Shown here piece after piece: positions 15,074 through 23,160 of a DNA stretch of 24,000 bases. The position numbers and the translations under genes are program-made. The stretch lies in assembly GCF_045348655.1 (NCBI RefSeq), contig NZ_CP160404.1, positions 3,266,624 to 3,290,623 on the forward strand. The letters are read 5' to 3'. Positions within the stretch are counted from its first letter, which is position 1. Every line of letters starts with the position of its first letter. The notes under the pieces were generated by a model, which was given only the letters and a program-made list of their open reading frames with translations, was not told the DNA's origin and searched no databases. The DNA comes from Streptomyces solicamelliae. GTDB taxonomy: Bacteria; Actinomycetota; Actinomycetes; Streptomycetales; Streptomycetaceae.

Positions 15074-15230
15074 GGCACGTACGGAGACGCGTACCTGAGG
15101 CACGTACGGAGACGCGTACCTGAGGCACGTACGGGGACGGGTACCTGAGGCACGTACGGGACGGGAGGCAGGTACGGAGACGGGGTGCCTTTGAGTCCCG
15201 TACCTGCGTCCCGTACCCGAGTCCCGTACG
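15064..15230. repeat. 25-bp tandem repeat (GCGTACCTGAGGCACGTACGGAGAC) x4, followed by degenerate and inverted GTACG-containing copies
   Basis: Units lie at 15064-15088, 15089-15113 (identical), 15114-15138 (1 mismatch) and 15139-15162 (24 bp, 2 mismatches plus the 1-nt deletion). The region 15163-15230 contains GGTACGGAGAC and the reverse-oriented GTCCCGTACC x3. The first unit contains the stop codon of the nucleotidyltransferase. Confidence 0.9.
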
Positions 15231-15235
15231 TACGA

Positions 15236-15270
15236 GAGGGGCGGCGCACCCGGCAGGTGCGCCGCCCCTC
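15236..15270. terminator. Bidirectional terminator hairpin (15-bp perfect stem GAGGGGCGGCGCACC / GGTGCGCCGCCCCTC, 5-nt loop)
   Basis: The perfect inverted repeat lies between convergent stops at 15073 (+) and 15283 (-) and is followed by TTCGTG. Confidence 0.75.
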
Positions 15271-15282
15271 TTCGTGCCGGGC

Positions 15283-16827
15283 TCAGCCCAGGAGCCCGCC
15301 GATCGGGTTCCTGTTGCCCGCGCCGGAGGACGAGCCGCCCTCCTCGTTGCCGCCGCCGTCGGAGGAGCCGCCGTCGCCGGCGCCGCCGGTGCCGGTGGGG
15401 CCGGGCGGGGGCGGCGGGGGGTCGGCCGGGCCGGACTGGCCGGGCGCGTCGTCGCCGGAGCCCTGGGTGGCGGTGGGGCGCTGCTCGACGGAGCCGGACT
15501 CGCGGACGGTCTCGGAGGGGGAGGACTCGCCCTTCGGCTCGTCGTCGTCCTCGGTGCCCTCGCCGCCCGTGCGGGAGGGCGAGGGGCGGGACTCGGCGGT
15601 CCGGGAGGGGCTGCGCTCGCCGGGCTCGGGCGGGAGCGGCTGGCCGGGGAGGTGGTTGATGGGGTCGTCGTCGCGCCCGGGGACGGTGACCATCTCGGTG
15701 GAGCGGACGGCGCCGCCGAGCATGGAGCCGATGAGGAGGGTCAGGCCGATGACGACGGCGGTGACGACGGCGCCGCGGCGCAGGACGCGACGGCGGAGGT
15801 CCCAGAGTTCGGAGCGGGGTCCGAGGGTGCGCCAGGCTTCGCCGGCGAGGCGGCCGTCGATGGAGTAGACGGGGGCGCCGGCGATGATCAGGGGGGACCA
15901 GGCGGCGAGGTAGATGATGTCGGGCGCGTCGTAGACGGGGACGGTCTTCCAGCTGACGGTGAGGATCAGCGCGGCGGAGAGCAGGGCGCCGACGACGGCG
16001 GCGACGCGCTGCCAGAGGCCGAGGACGGTGAGGACGCCGACGACGACCTGGAGGAAGGCGACGGTGAGGCCGGCGCCGACGGGGTGGGCGAGGGCGAAGT
16101 CGCGCAGGGGTTCGGCGAGGCCCCAGGGGTGGAGCGAGTTGAGCCACTTGACCATGGAGCCGCGTTCGCCGCCGTCGAAGTAGACGGGGTCGCAGAGTTT
16201 GCCCATGCCGGCGTAGATGGAGATGAAGCCGAGGAAGACGCGGAGCGGGAGGAGCACCACGCCGAGGTTCATGCGGCGGCCGGGGTAGTAGGCGTGCCGG
16301 AGGGGATCGGCGGCGTGGCGGCGGGCGCGTTCGTCGGTGCCGTCGCCGTGGTTGTCGTGGTTGCCGTAGTCGCTGTAGTCGCTGTAGTCGCCGTCGCCGT
16401 ATCCGCCGCGGGCCGGTTCCGTCTCGTAGACCTCGTCGTACGCGCCTTCCGCGCGCCGCATGGGGGGCAGCAGCGGGGCGGCGGGGACGATGGGGGTGGG
16501 CATCGTCTGGTCGATGCGCGGGATGGTCTGGGTGGCGCCGGTGTCCGGGGGTTCGAGCGTGGAGACGGAGGATTCCCGTACGGCCTGGAGGAGTCCGGTG
16601 GCGCCCGGGGAGGATTTGCCGGTCCATACGACGGGGGTGCGTCGTCGTGCGGCGCCGGCCGCGGCGGCGCGGGGGACGGCGAACCGGGGCTGCTGGGCGG
16701 GGCCGAGCCGGACGCGGAAGCTGGCGTGGTTCACGATGACCTGCGCGGGGTCGGAATCCACTTTGATCATGCTCAGCGCGGGCTGATCGTCGAATCCCGG
16801 CCGGGGAGTTCTTGTGTCCACACTCAT
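15283..16827 (-). CDS. DoxX-family integral membrane protein with long disordered N- and C-terminal extensions
   Basis: The central block is LGVVLLPLRVFLGFISIYAGMGKLCDP...LTVAFLQVVVGVLTVLGLWQRVAAVVGALLSAALILTVSW, which is DoxX-like with about 4 TM helices plus one more TM. The C-terminal tail is P/G/S/D-rich. The N-terminus contains DYSDYSDY encoded by a short tandem repeat. The start is ATG 16825-16827; in-frame alternatives lie downstream. Confidence 0.75.
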   Translation of the reverse strand: MSVDTRTPRPGFDDQPALSMIKVDSDPAQVIVNHASFRVRLGPAQQPRFAVPRAAAAGAARRRTPVVWTGKSSPGATGLLQAVRESSVSTLEPPDTGATQTIPRIDQTMPTPIVPAAPLLPPMRRAEGAYDEVYETEPARGGYGDGDYSDYSDYGNHDNHGDGTDERARRHAADPLRHAYYPGRRMNLGVVLLPLRVFLGFISIYAGMGKLCDPVYFDGGERGSMVKWLNSLHPWGLAEPLRDFALAHPVGAGLTVAFLQVVVGVLTVLGLWQRVAAVVGALLSAALILTVSWKTVPVYDAPDIIYLAAWSPLIIAGAPVYSIDGRLAGEAWRTLGPRSELWDLRRRVLRRGAVVTAVVIGLTLLIGSMLGGAVRSTEMVTVPGRDDDPINHLPGQPLPPEPGERSPSRTAESRPSPSRTGGEGTEDDDEPKGESSPSETVRESGSVEQRPTATQGSGDDAPGQSGPADPPPPPPGPTGTGGAGDGGSSDGGGNEEGGSSSGAGNRNPIGGLLG

Positions 16828-16922
16828 CTAACCGAGTGATGTGGGTTTAGGACACTGCCTTGACGGCCGATGAATGTCCGAGACCCGTCAAGATCGGCGG
16901 GTATGGGCGGGAAGTACGGAAA

Positions 16923-16947
16923 GGGCCCAGCTCAGAGAGCCGGGCCC
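16923..16947 (-). terminator. Probable rlmB terminator hairpin (GGGCCCAGCTC aga GAGCCGGGCCC, one mismatch)
   Basis: It lies about 50 nt downstream of the rlmB stop. On the minus strand the hairpin is followed by TTTCCGT. Confidence 0.5.
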
Positions 16948-16997
16948 GGTCCGGGGTGTGCGGTGTGACGCCGTGCGGTGCGGTGCGATGCGCTGCG

Positions 16998-17960
16998 TCA
17001 GCGGGTGTTGCGGCGGCGCGCGACCTCGTAGAGGACGATGCCGGCGGCGACGCCGGCGTTGAGGGACTCGGCTCCGCCGGGCATGGAGATGCGGACGCGG
17101 TAGTCGCAGGTCTCGCCGACGAGGCGGCCGAGGCCCTTGCCCTCGCTGCCGATGACGATGACGACGGGGCCGTCCAGGGCCTCGAGGTCCTCGACGGTGT
17201 GCTCGCCGTCGGCGGCGAGGCCGACGACGGTCAGGCCGTCCTTCTGGAAGCCCTCCAGGGCGCGGGTCAGGTTGGTGACCTTGGCGACGGGAGTGCGGGC
17301 GGCGGTGCCGGCGGAGGACTTCCAGGCGCCGGCGGTCATGCCGGCGGCGCGGCGCTCGGGGATGACCACGCCGTGGCCGCCGAAGGCGGAGGTGGAGCGG
17401 ACGATCGCGCCGAGGTTGCGCGGGTCGGTGACGCCGTCGAGGGCGACGATCAGGGGGTCCTCGCCGTTGTCGTACGCGGCCTCGGTGAGGTCCTCGGGGT
17501 GCGCGTACTCGTAGGGCGGGACCTGCAGGACGAGGCCCTGGTGGTTGAGGCCGCCGGTCATCCGGTCGAGCTCGGGGCGGGGGGCCTCCATCAGGTTGAT
17601 GTTGCCGCGCTCGCCGGCGAGCTTGAGGACGTCACGGACGCGCTCGTCGTTGTCGATGAACTGCTGGACGTACAGGGTGACCGCGGGGACGCCGTCACGC
17701 AGGGCCTCGTAGACGGGGTTGCGGCCGACGACCATCTCGCTGCTGCCCTTGGGGCCGCCGCGGCGCGGGGCGGGGCGGCGGTGGGCGGCCTGCTTGGCCT
17801 GGGCGTTGGCGATGCGGTTCTTCTTGTGTCCCTTGCGGGCGGAGGCGGGCGGCGTGGGGCCCTTGCCCTCCAGGCCCTTGCGCCGCTGGCCACCGCTGCC
17901 GACCGTCGCGCCCTTCTTGTTGGACGTGCGGCGGTTCCTGCGCTGGCTGTTCCCGGCCAT
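16998..17960 (-). CDS. rlmB: 23S rRNA (guanosine-2'-O-)-methyltransferase RlmB (SpoU/TrmH family)
   Basis: The basic N-terminal tail is followed by VVGRNPVYEAL, the SpoU substrate-binding region. The C-terminal SpoU_methylase motifs are LGAIVRSTSAFG, VIGSEGKGL and IPMPGGAESLNAGVAAGIVLYE. The position immediately downstream of cysS is conserved. Confidence 0.85.
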   Translation of the reverse strand: MAGNSQRRNRRTSNKKGATVGSGGQRRKGLEGKGPTPPASARKGHKKNRIANAQAKQAAHRRPAPRRGGPKGSSEMVVGRNPVYEALRDGVPAVTLYVQQFIDNDERVRDVLKLAGERGNINLMEAPRPELDRMTGGLNHQGLVLQVPPYEYAHPEDLTEAAYDNGEDPLIVALDGVTDPRNLGAIVRSTSAFGGHGVVIPERRAAGMTAGAWKSSAGTAARTPVAKVTNLTRALEGFQKDGLTVVGLAADGEHTVEDLEALDGPVVIVIGSEGKGLGRLVGETCDYRVRISMPGGAESLNAGVAAGIVLYEVARRRNTR

Positions 17961-18037
17961 GACTACCTGTTTCCTCTACTGCGTACTGCTGCGGGCGTAC
18001 GGCGCGTGGCGCGCGCGTACGAAGTCTGCAATTGAAG

Positions 18038-18065
18038 TGTGCCGCCCGGGGACCCGGGCGGCACA
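18038..18065 (-). terminator. cysS terminator hairpin (TGTGCCGCCCGGG ga CCCGGGCGGCACA)
   Basis: The 13-bp perfect inverted repeat lies 4 nt after the cysS stop on the minus strand and is followed by CTTCAATTGC. Confidence 0.65.
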
Positions 18066-18068
18066 TCA

Positions 18069-19475
18069 TCAGCGGTGGGCGATCGACCAGCGAGGGCCGT
18101 CGGGGCTGTCCTCGATGGCGAGCCCGGACTGGTTGAGCTGGTCGCGGATGGCGTCCGCGGTGGCCCAGTCCTTGCGCTCGCGGGCGGATTCGCGCTGCTG
18201 GAGCACGAGGCGTACGAGGCTGTCGACGACGCCGTGGAGTTCGGCGCCGGCGCCGCGGTCGGCCTCGCCGGCCCAGTGCGGGTCGAGCGGGTCGAGGCCG
18301 AGGACGCCGAGCATGGCGCGGACCTCGGCGAGCCGGGCGACTGCGGCTTCCTTGTCGTCGGCGGCCAGGGCGCTGTTGCCCTGGCGGACGGTGGTGTGCA
18401 GGACGGCGAGGGCCTGGGGGACGCCGAGGTCGTCGTCCATGGCCTCGGCGAAGGCGGTCGGGACCTCGTCGGCGGGGGCGACCTCGCCGGCCTTCTCGAC
18501 GACGCGCTGGATGAAGCCCTCGATGCGGGCGTACGCCGCCTCGGCCTCCTGCAGCGCCTCCTCGCTGTACTCGATCATGGAGCGGTAGTGCGGGGTGCCG
18601 AGGTAGTAGCGCAGGACGACGGGGCGCCAGCGCTTGACCATCTCCTCGATGAGCACGGAGTTGCCGAGCGACTTGGACATCTTCTCGCCGCTCATGGTGA
18701 CCCAGGCGTTGTGCACCCAGTACTGGGCGAAGTCGTCGCCGAAGGCCTTGGCCTGGGCGATCTCGTTCTCGTGGTGCGGGAAGATCAGGTCGAGGCCGCC
18801 GCCGTGGATGTCGAAGGCGGAGCCGAGGTACTTGTGCGCCATGGCGGAGCACTCGAGGTGCCAGCCGGGGCGGCCGCGGCCCCAGGGGGTCTCCCAGTCG
18901 GGCTCGCCGGGCTTGGTGGCCTTCCACATGGCGAAGTCGCGGGGGTCGCGCTTGCCGGTGATGCCTTCCTCGGTGGGCTGGCGCAGGTCGTCGATGTCCT
19001 GGTTGGACAGCGACAGGTAGTCGGGGAACGAGCGGACGTCGAAGTAGACGCTGCCGTCGGCCTCGTAGGCGTGGCCGCGCTCGATGAGGCCGCGCATCAT
19101 CTCGACCATCTCGGTGACATGGCCGGTGGCCCGCGGCTCGTAGGTGGGCGGCAGGCAGCCGAGGGCGTCGTAGCCGGTGTTGAAGGCCCGCTCGTTCTCG
19201 TAGCCGATGGACCACCAGGGGCGGCCCTGGTCGACGGACTTGGTGATGATCTTGTCGTCGATGTCGGTGACGTTGCGGACGAAGGTGACGTCGTAGCCGC
19301 GGTAGGCGAACCAGCGGCGCATGATGTCGAAGTTCAGGCCCGAACGGATGTGGCCGATGTGCGGGGCGCTCTGCACGGTGGCGCCACAGAGGTAGATCGA
19401 GACATGGCCCGGCTTGAGCGGGGTGAAGTCGCGGATCTGCCGGGCGCTGGTGTCGTACAGGCGAATGGTCACCAC
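18069..19475 (-). CDS. cysS: Cysteine--tRNA ligase
   Basis: The class I signature reads [15 protein letters not shown] (HIGH). The KMSKS motif is present ([10 protein letters not shown]). The product is 468 aa. The true start may be the second GTG, at 19470-19472. Confidence 0.93.
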   Translation of the reverse strand: MVTIRLYDTSARQIRDFTPLKPGHVSIYLCGATVQSAPHIGHIRSGLNFDIMRRWFAYRGYDVTFVRNVTDIDDKIITKSVDQGRPWWSIGYENERAFNTGYDALGCLPPTYEPRATGHVTEMVEMMRGLIERGHAYEADGSVYFDVRSFPDYLSLSNQDIDDLRQPTEEGITGKRDPRDFAMWKATKPGEPDWETPWGRGRPGWHLECSAMAHKYLGSAFDIHGGGLDLIFPHHENEIAQAKAFGDDFAQYWVHNAWVTMSGEKMSKSLGNSVLIEEMVKRWRPVVLRYYLGTPHYRSMIEYSEEALQEAEAAYARIEGFIQRVVEKAGEVAPADEVPTAFAEAMDDDLGVPQALAVLHTTVRQGNSALAADDKEAAVARLAEVRAMLGVLGLDPLDPHWAGEADRGAGAELHGVVDSLVRLVLQQRESARERKDWATADAIRDQLNQSGLAIEDSPDGPRWSIAHR

Positions 19476-19566
19476 TCCAGGGTAGTGGGCGCGTGTGAGT
19501 GCCCCGCGCCCGATTCCCGGTTCGCGGGGCGACTTTTTCGGAACGTGTCAGGTTGGCTACCCGATG

Positions 19567-19658
19567 CGCGTACGGGCACACCGCCCTTACGCGTACGAGC
19601 CGACCGCCCTTACGTGTACGGGCAGGCTGCTCGTACGTGTACGAGCCGGCTGCCCGTA
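19567..19658. repeat. 23-bp tandem repeat x4 (CGYGTACGRGC...CSYTA), with a degenerate fifth unit running into the ispF stop
   Basis: The units are CGCGTACGGGCACACCGCCCTTA (19567-19589), CGCGTACGAGCCGACCGCCCTTA (19590-19612), CGTGTACGGGCAGGCTGCTCGTA (19613-19635) and CGTGTACGAGCCGGCTGCCCGTA (19636-19658). They lie in the ispF-cysS intergenic gap. Confidence 0.9.
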
Positions 19659-19671
19659 CACGCACGGCCCG

Positions 19672-20178
19672 CTACCGCGGGGCGGTGTACACCAGTGCGG
19701 TGGCGATGGCGGCCAGGCCCTCGGCGCGGCCGGTGAGGCCGAGCCCGTCGGTGGTGGTGCCGGAGACGGAGACGGGCGCGCCGGCGGCCTCGCTGAGCAC
19801 CTTCTGGGCCTCGTCGCGGCGCTTGCCGATCTTGGGGCGGACGCCGATGACCTGGACGGCGATGTTGCCGATCTCGTAGCCCTCGGCGCGGACGATGCGG
19901 GCGGCCTCGGCGAGCAGGGTGACGCCGGCGGCGCCGGACCACTCGGGGCGGGAGGTGCCGAAGTGGGCGCCGAGGTCGCCGACGCCGGCGGCGGAGAAGA
20001 GCGCGTCGCAGGCGGCGTGGGCGGCGACGTCGCCGTCGGAGTGCCCAGCGAGCCCGTACTCCTCACCGTCCCAGAGCAGCCCCGCGCACCACAGTTCGCG
20101 GCCCCGCTCGAAGGCGTGGACGTCGGTGCCGATGCCGGTACGGGGGATCAGCGGCAGCGCGTGGTTCTCAGAAGCCAT
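19672..20178 (-). CDS. ispF: 2-C-methyl-D-erythritol 2,4-cyclodiphosphate synthase
   Basis: Family signatures are [38 protein letters not shown] and [17 protein letters not shown]. Confidence 0.93.
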   Translation of the reverse strand: MASENHALPLIPRTGIGTDVHAFERGRELWCAGLLWDGEEYGLAGHSDGDVAAHAACDALFSAAGVGDLGAHFGTSRPEWSGAAGVTLLAEAARIVRAEGYEIGNIAVQVIGVRPKIGKRRDEAQKVLSEAAGAPVSVSGTTTDGLGLTGRAEGLAAIATALVYTAPR

Positions 20179-20914
20179 CGTTGGCCCTCCTGCGGGCGAG
20201 TACGGCCTCGGCGAGGACGAGGTCGAGGGGGCGGGTCACCTTGAAGGCCTCTTCGTGGCCGGGCACGACGACGACGGGCGCGCCGAGGCGTTCGACCATG
20301 CCGGCGTCGTCGGTGGCGCCGTCGCCGGCGAGGGCGATGGTGGCGTGGGCGTTGACCAGCGTGTCGTGGTCGAAGCCCTGGGGGGTCTGGACGGCGCGCA
20401 GCCGGGCGCGCTCGGGGGTGGCGACGACGGGCTCGGGTTCGCCGGGCGCGGTCGGCTCGACCTCCTTGACGGTGTCGGCCAGCGGCAGCGCGGGGACGAC
20501 GGCGACGGCGCCGTCACGGACCGCCTCGACGACGGCGTCGACCGTGTCGACCGGGACGAGGGGGCGGGCGGCGTCGTGGACGAGGACGATGTCGATGCCC
20601 TCGGGCAGCGCCTCGAGCCCGAGCCGTACGGACTCCTGGCGGGCGTCGCCGCCGGGGACGACCAGGTAGTCGGTGCGGGAGGGCAGGGCGTGCTCGTCGA
20701 GGAGGCGCTTGACCTCGCCGACGCCGTCGGCGGGGGCGACCACGACGACCAGCGAGACGGCGCGGGAGGCGGCCATGGCGCGGACGGCGTGGACGAGCAT
20801 GGGGGTGCCGTTCAGCGCGCGGAGCGCCTTGGGGGCCCCGGGGCCGAGCCTGACGCCCCGGCCGGCCGCGGGAATCACGGCGGCGGTGCGGAGAGGACGC
20901 GTTTCGTCTGACAT
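20168..20914 (-). CDS. ispD: 2-C-methyl-D-erythritol 4-phosphate cytidylyltransferase
   Basis: The start is ATG 20912-20914 ([28 protein letters not shown]), which is the IspD P-loop-like motif. There is an 11-nt overlap with the ispF start. The 54 upstream codons in track ORF 20168..21076 are rejected. Confidence 0.9.
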   Translation of the reverse strand: MSDETRPLRTAAVIPAAGRGVRLGPGAPKALRALNGTPMLVHAVRAMAASRAVSLVVVVAPADGVGEVKRLLDEHALPSRTDYLVVPGGDARQESVRLGLEALPEGIDIVLVHDAARPLVPVDTVDAVVEAVRDGAVAVVPALPLADTVKEVEPTAPGEPEPVVATPERARLRAVQTPQGFDHDTLVNAHATIALAGDGATDDAGMVERLGAPVVVVPGHEEAFKVTRPLDLVLAEAVLARRRANDGF

Positions 20915-21196
20915 CGGTTGCACTCCGGCAGGTTTGTTTCCTCGGCCCTTGTGGGTATGGCCTCCATCGTGCCGGGCGCGACGCCTTGACCGGGCCCTTT
21001 CCGTGACGACTTGGTCAGGTGAGGTCGCGCCGGCGCCGTGCGTACGCATGCGCTCCACGGGACGAGTGGGCGGCATGAGGCCGAGTGTGGTGGGGGTGTT
21101 TCAGGAGACGAACATGCCGCAGTGCCCGGCGACGGCACTGTGAGTCACAGCTCACAGAGCGTCAGCGGGCACCGCGGCATTGATATCGCGATCGCG

Positions 21197-21679
21197 TCAG
21201 GACGCGAGGACCTCGTCGAGGAGAGCCTCGGCCTTGTCCTCGTTCGTGTTCTCCGCGAGGGCCAGCTCGCTCACCAGGATCTGGCGAGCCTTGGCGAGCA
21301 TGCGCTTCTCGCCTGCGGAAAGACCGCGCTCGCGCTCCCGGCGCCACAGGTCGCGCACTACTTCGGCGACCTTGATGACATCGCCGGAGGCGAGCTTCTC
21401 GAGATTTGCCTTGTAGCGACGGGACCAGTTGGTCGGCTCCTCGGCGTACGGTGCACGCAGCACCTCGAAGACCCGGTCCAGCCCGTCCTGACCGACTACG
21501 TCACGCACACCGACGAACTCCGCATTGTCCGCCGGCACACGAACCGTCAGGTCGCCCTGAGCGACCTTGAGCACCAAGTAGGTCTTGTCCACGCCTTTGA
21601 TCTGGCGAGTTTCGATGGCCTCGATCAGCGCGGCCCCGTGATGGGGATAGACCACGGTGTCGCCAACCTTGAACGTCAT
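21197..21679 (-). CDS. carD: CarD-family RNA-polymerase-binding transcriptional regulator
   Basis: The sequence [25 protein letters not shown]...YLVLKV is the Tudor-like RID. The C-terminal part reads [15 protein letters not shown]. The product is 160 aa, and carD-ispD-ispF-cysS synteny is conserved. Confidence 0.93.
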   Translation of the reverse strand: MTFKVGDTVVYPHHGAALIEAIETRQIKGVDKTYLVLKVAQGDLTVRVPADNAEFVGVRDVVGQDGLDRVFEVLRAPYAEEPTNWSRRYKANLEKLASGDVIKVAEVVRDLWRRERERGLSAGEKRMLAKARQILVSELALAENTNEDKAEALLDEVLAS

Positions 21680-22243
21680 GTGACAGGTACCCCTTCCGTG
21701 GCTATCCAGGGTAACACGGATACGGCTTCTTCTGAATGGCGTTTTCGCAGGTCAGGGCATATCTCGGGGCTTGACAACAGCGACGCGAACGTGCTGCGGC
21801 GGGCTTCCGGAGGGCGGTATTCGCAGGTCGGACGGGCTGTGTGAACGGAGAGAAACGCGCGTGTCACAGCTGCCCGGAAGCCCGGAAGAGGCGAGGGATG
21901 CCCAGGTTTGTCCGGTTCAGTGTACCGATCTCCGCGCGCTCCGTTCGAGGATCGCTCACTCGTACGGGGGTGCCCGTGACACTTTCCTGAATTGATCACG
22001 GGGGCTTCCGGGATTTCCTGCGGAAATGGCGAATTGATCAAGGCGGATATGTGAACGGGAGGCGAATCCCGAACGCGGCCGGGCGGGCCGGGGCGCCGGT
22101 CCGAAGGGGTCCCCCGTGGGACGTCGGGGGCGGAAGGGGCGGGTCGGGTGCGGGACCGAGAGTGAGGCTCGGTAACCTAAGCGCGCTGACACACCCTTAG
22201 CTGTTCCTTAGCCCGTCCGTACGTCCTAGGAGTTGCCGCCGCC

Positions 22244-22870
22244 GTGAGCCGCAGCCTTCGACGCGGCGCCCTCGCCGCCACCGCCATCGTGATCTCGATC
22301 GCCTCGCTGACCGCCTGCGGCGCTGGCAACAACGCGCAGACCCTCGGCGTCAAGCCGGACAACGCGGCCGTCACGGTCGAGGACGTCCAGATCCAGAACG
22401 TGCTGGTGATCACCCAGCCCGAGTCCGGCCGACGGGGTCCCGCGGTCGTCTCGGCGACGATCTTCAACAACGGTCAGGGGCAGCAGACCCTCGAGTCGAT
22501 CACCCTGCCGGGCACCGCGGCCACGGTGAAGCTGACCCCCGCCAAGGGCGCGGGCCCGGTCGTCGTACCGGCCGGCGGCTCGGTCGTCATCGGCGGCGAG
22601 GGCAACGCGACCGCCGTGATCCAGAAGGGCGTGCCGGAGCGCAAGAACGGCGACGTGCAGGAGGTCGTCTTCAAGCTCAGCAAGACCGGCGACGTCGGCC
22701 TGCAGGCGTTCGTCGTCCCGGCGACGAGCTACTTCGAGGGCTACGGCCCGACGGAGATCCCGGCCCCGCCGGCGAAGCCGGGCAAGCCCACGCAGAAGCC
22801 CACCGGCGAGCCGACGGCCCCCGAGACCGGCGAGCCCACGGGCGACGCCGGCCACGGCGCGGGTCACTGA
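22244..22870 (+). CDS. Lipoprotein, LpqE-like (DUF461/PCuAC-like fold without obvious Cu ligands)
   Basis: GTG 22244 lies 11 nt after AGGAG. The signal peptide and lipobox read MSRSLRRGALAATAIVISIASLTAC. The body is beta-rich and the tail is Pro/Thr/Gly-rich. The position divergent from carD matches lpqE in M. tuberculosis. Confidence 0.75.
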   Translation: MSRSLRRGALAATAIVISIASLTACGAGNNAQTLGVKPDNAAVTVEDVQIQNVLVITQPESGRRGPAVVSATIFNNGQGQQTLESITLPGTAATVKLTPAKGAGPVVVPAGGSVVIGGEGNATAVIQKGVPERKNGDVQEVVFKLSKTGDVGLQAFVVPATSYFEGYGPTEIPAPPAKPGKPTQKPTGEPTAPETGEPTGDAGHGAGH

Positions 22871-22876
22871 CACACG

Positions 22877-22920
22877 CGAAAGGGCGCCCCGCCGGAGCAA
22901 TCCGGCAGGGCGCCCTTTCG
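22877..22920 (+). terminator. Long hairpin after the lipoprotein gene (CGAAAGGGCGCCC ... GGGCGCCCTTTCG, with inner GCCGGA-gcaa-TCCGGC)
   Basis: The 13-bp outer stem and 6-bp inner stem are read directly, starting 7 nt after the stop. Confidence 0.7.
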
Positions 22921-22960
22921 CATACGCACGAGCCGCATACGCACGAGCCTCGCGCCCGAT

Positions 22961-23056
22961 CCGCCGACCGGGGCGAGCCGCTCCTCACCGCTCGAACGTG
23001 TAGCCCAGGCCCCGCACCGTCACCAGGCAGCGCGGCGCGCCCGGGTCCGGTTCGAG
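22961..23056 (-). pseudogene. Degenerate partial duplicate of the phoP 3' end (last ~23 codons plus ~25 bp of downstream flank)
   Basis: 22961-23056 aligns by eye at roughly 80-85% identity with 23135-23232. The rc translation ...GLEPDPGAPRCLVTVRGLGYTFER* compares with the PhoP C-terminus KIEPDPGAPRYLVTVRGLGYKFEP*. No upstream ORF continuation exists. Confidence 0.55.
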
Positions 23057-23160
23057 CCCGGTCCCGCGTGCGCCCCTCGCACCGCTCGGCCCCGAGGGGC
23101 CTCCCAGGCATCGGGACGCTGCGCCGGACTCCGTCCGCCGACCGGGGCGCTCCCCGCTCT

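Noticed and set aside
15064-15230. Possible CRISPR array
   Set aside because: The repeats are directly contiguous (25-bp period) with no unique spacers. There are no cas genes in the window. I interpret it as a tandem or REP-like repeat.
13760-16627. 955-aa minus-strand ORF, and similar long ORFs (770..2362 -, 8950..10521 +, 16860..18035 +, 17695..19665 -, 18039..19736 +, 23068..23982 +)
   Set aside because: They have Arg/Pro/Gly-rich low-complexity translations lying antisense or out of frame to genes with clear family signatures (kinase/regulator, nuclease fusion, rlmB, cysS, DoxX, phoP). This is the typical high-GC stop-codon-poor artefact.
21118-21160. Two overlapping hairpins (CAGTGCC-N7-GGCACTG and CTGTGAG-N6-CTCACAG) between carD and ispD, considered as a carD terminator
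   Set aside because: The stems are only 7 bp and lack a U-tract. The carD-ispD-ispF genes are commonly co-transcribed in actinobacteria. Support is too weak to call.
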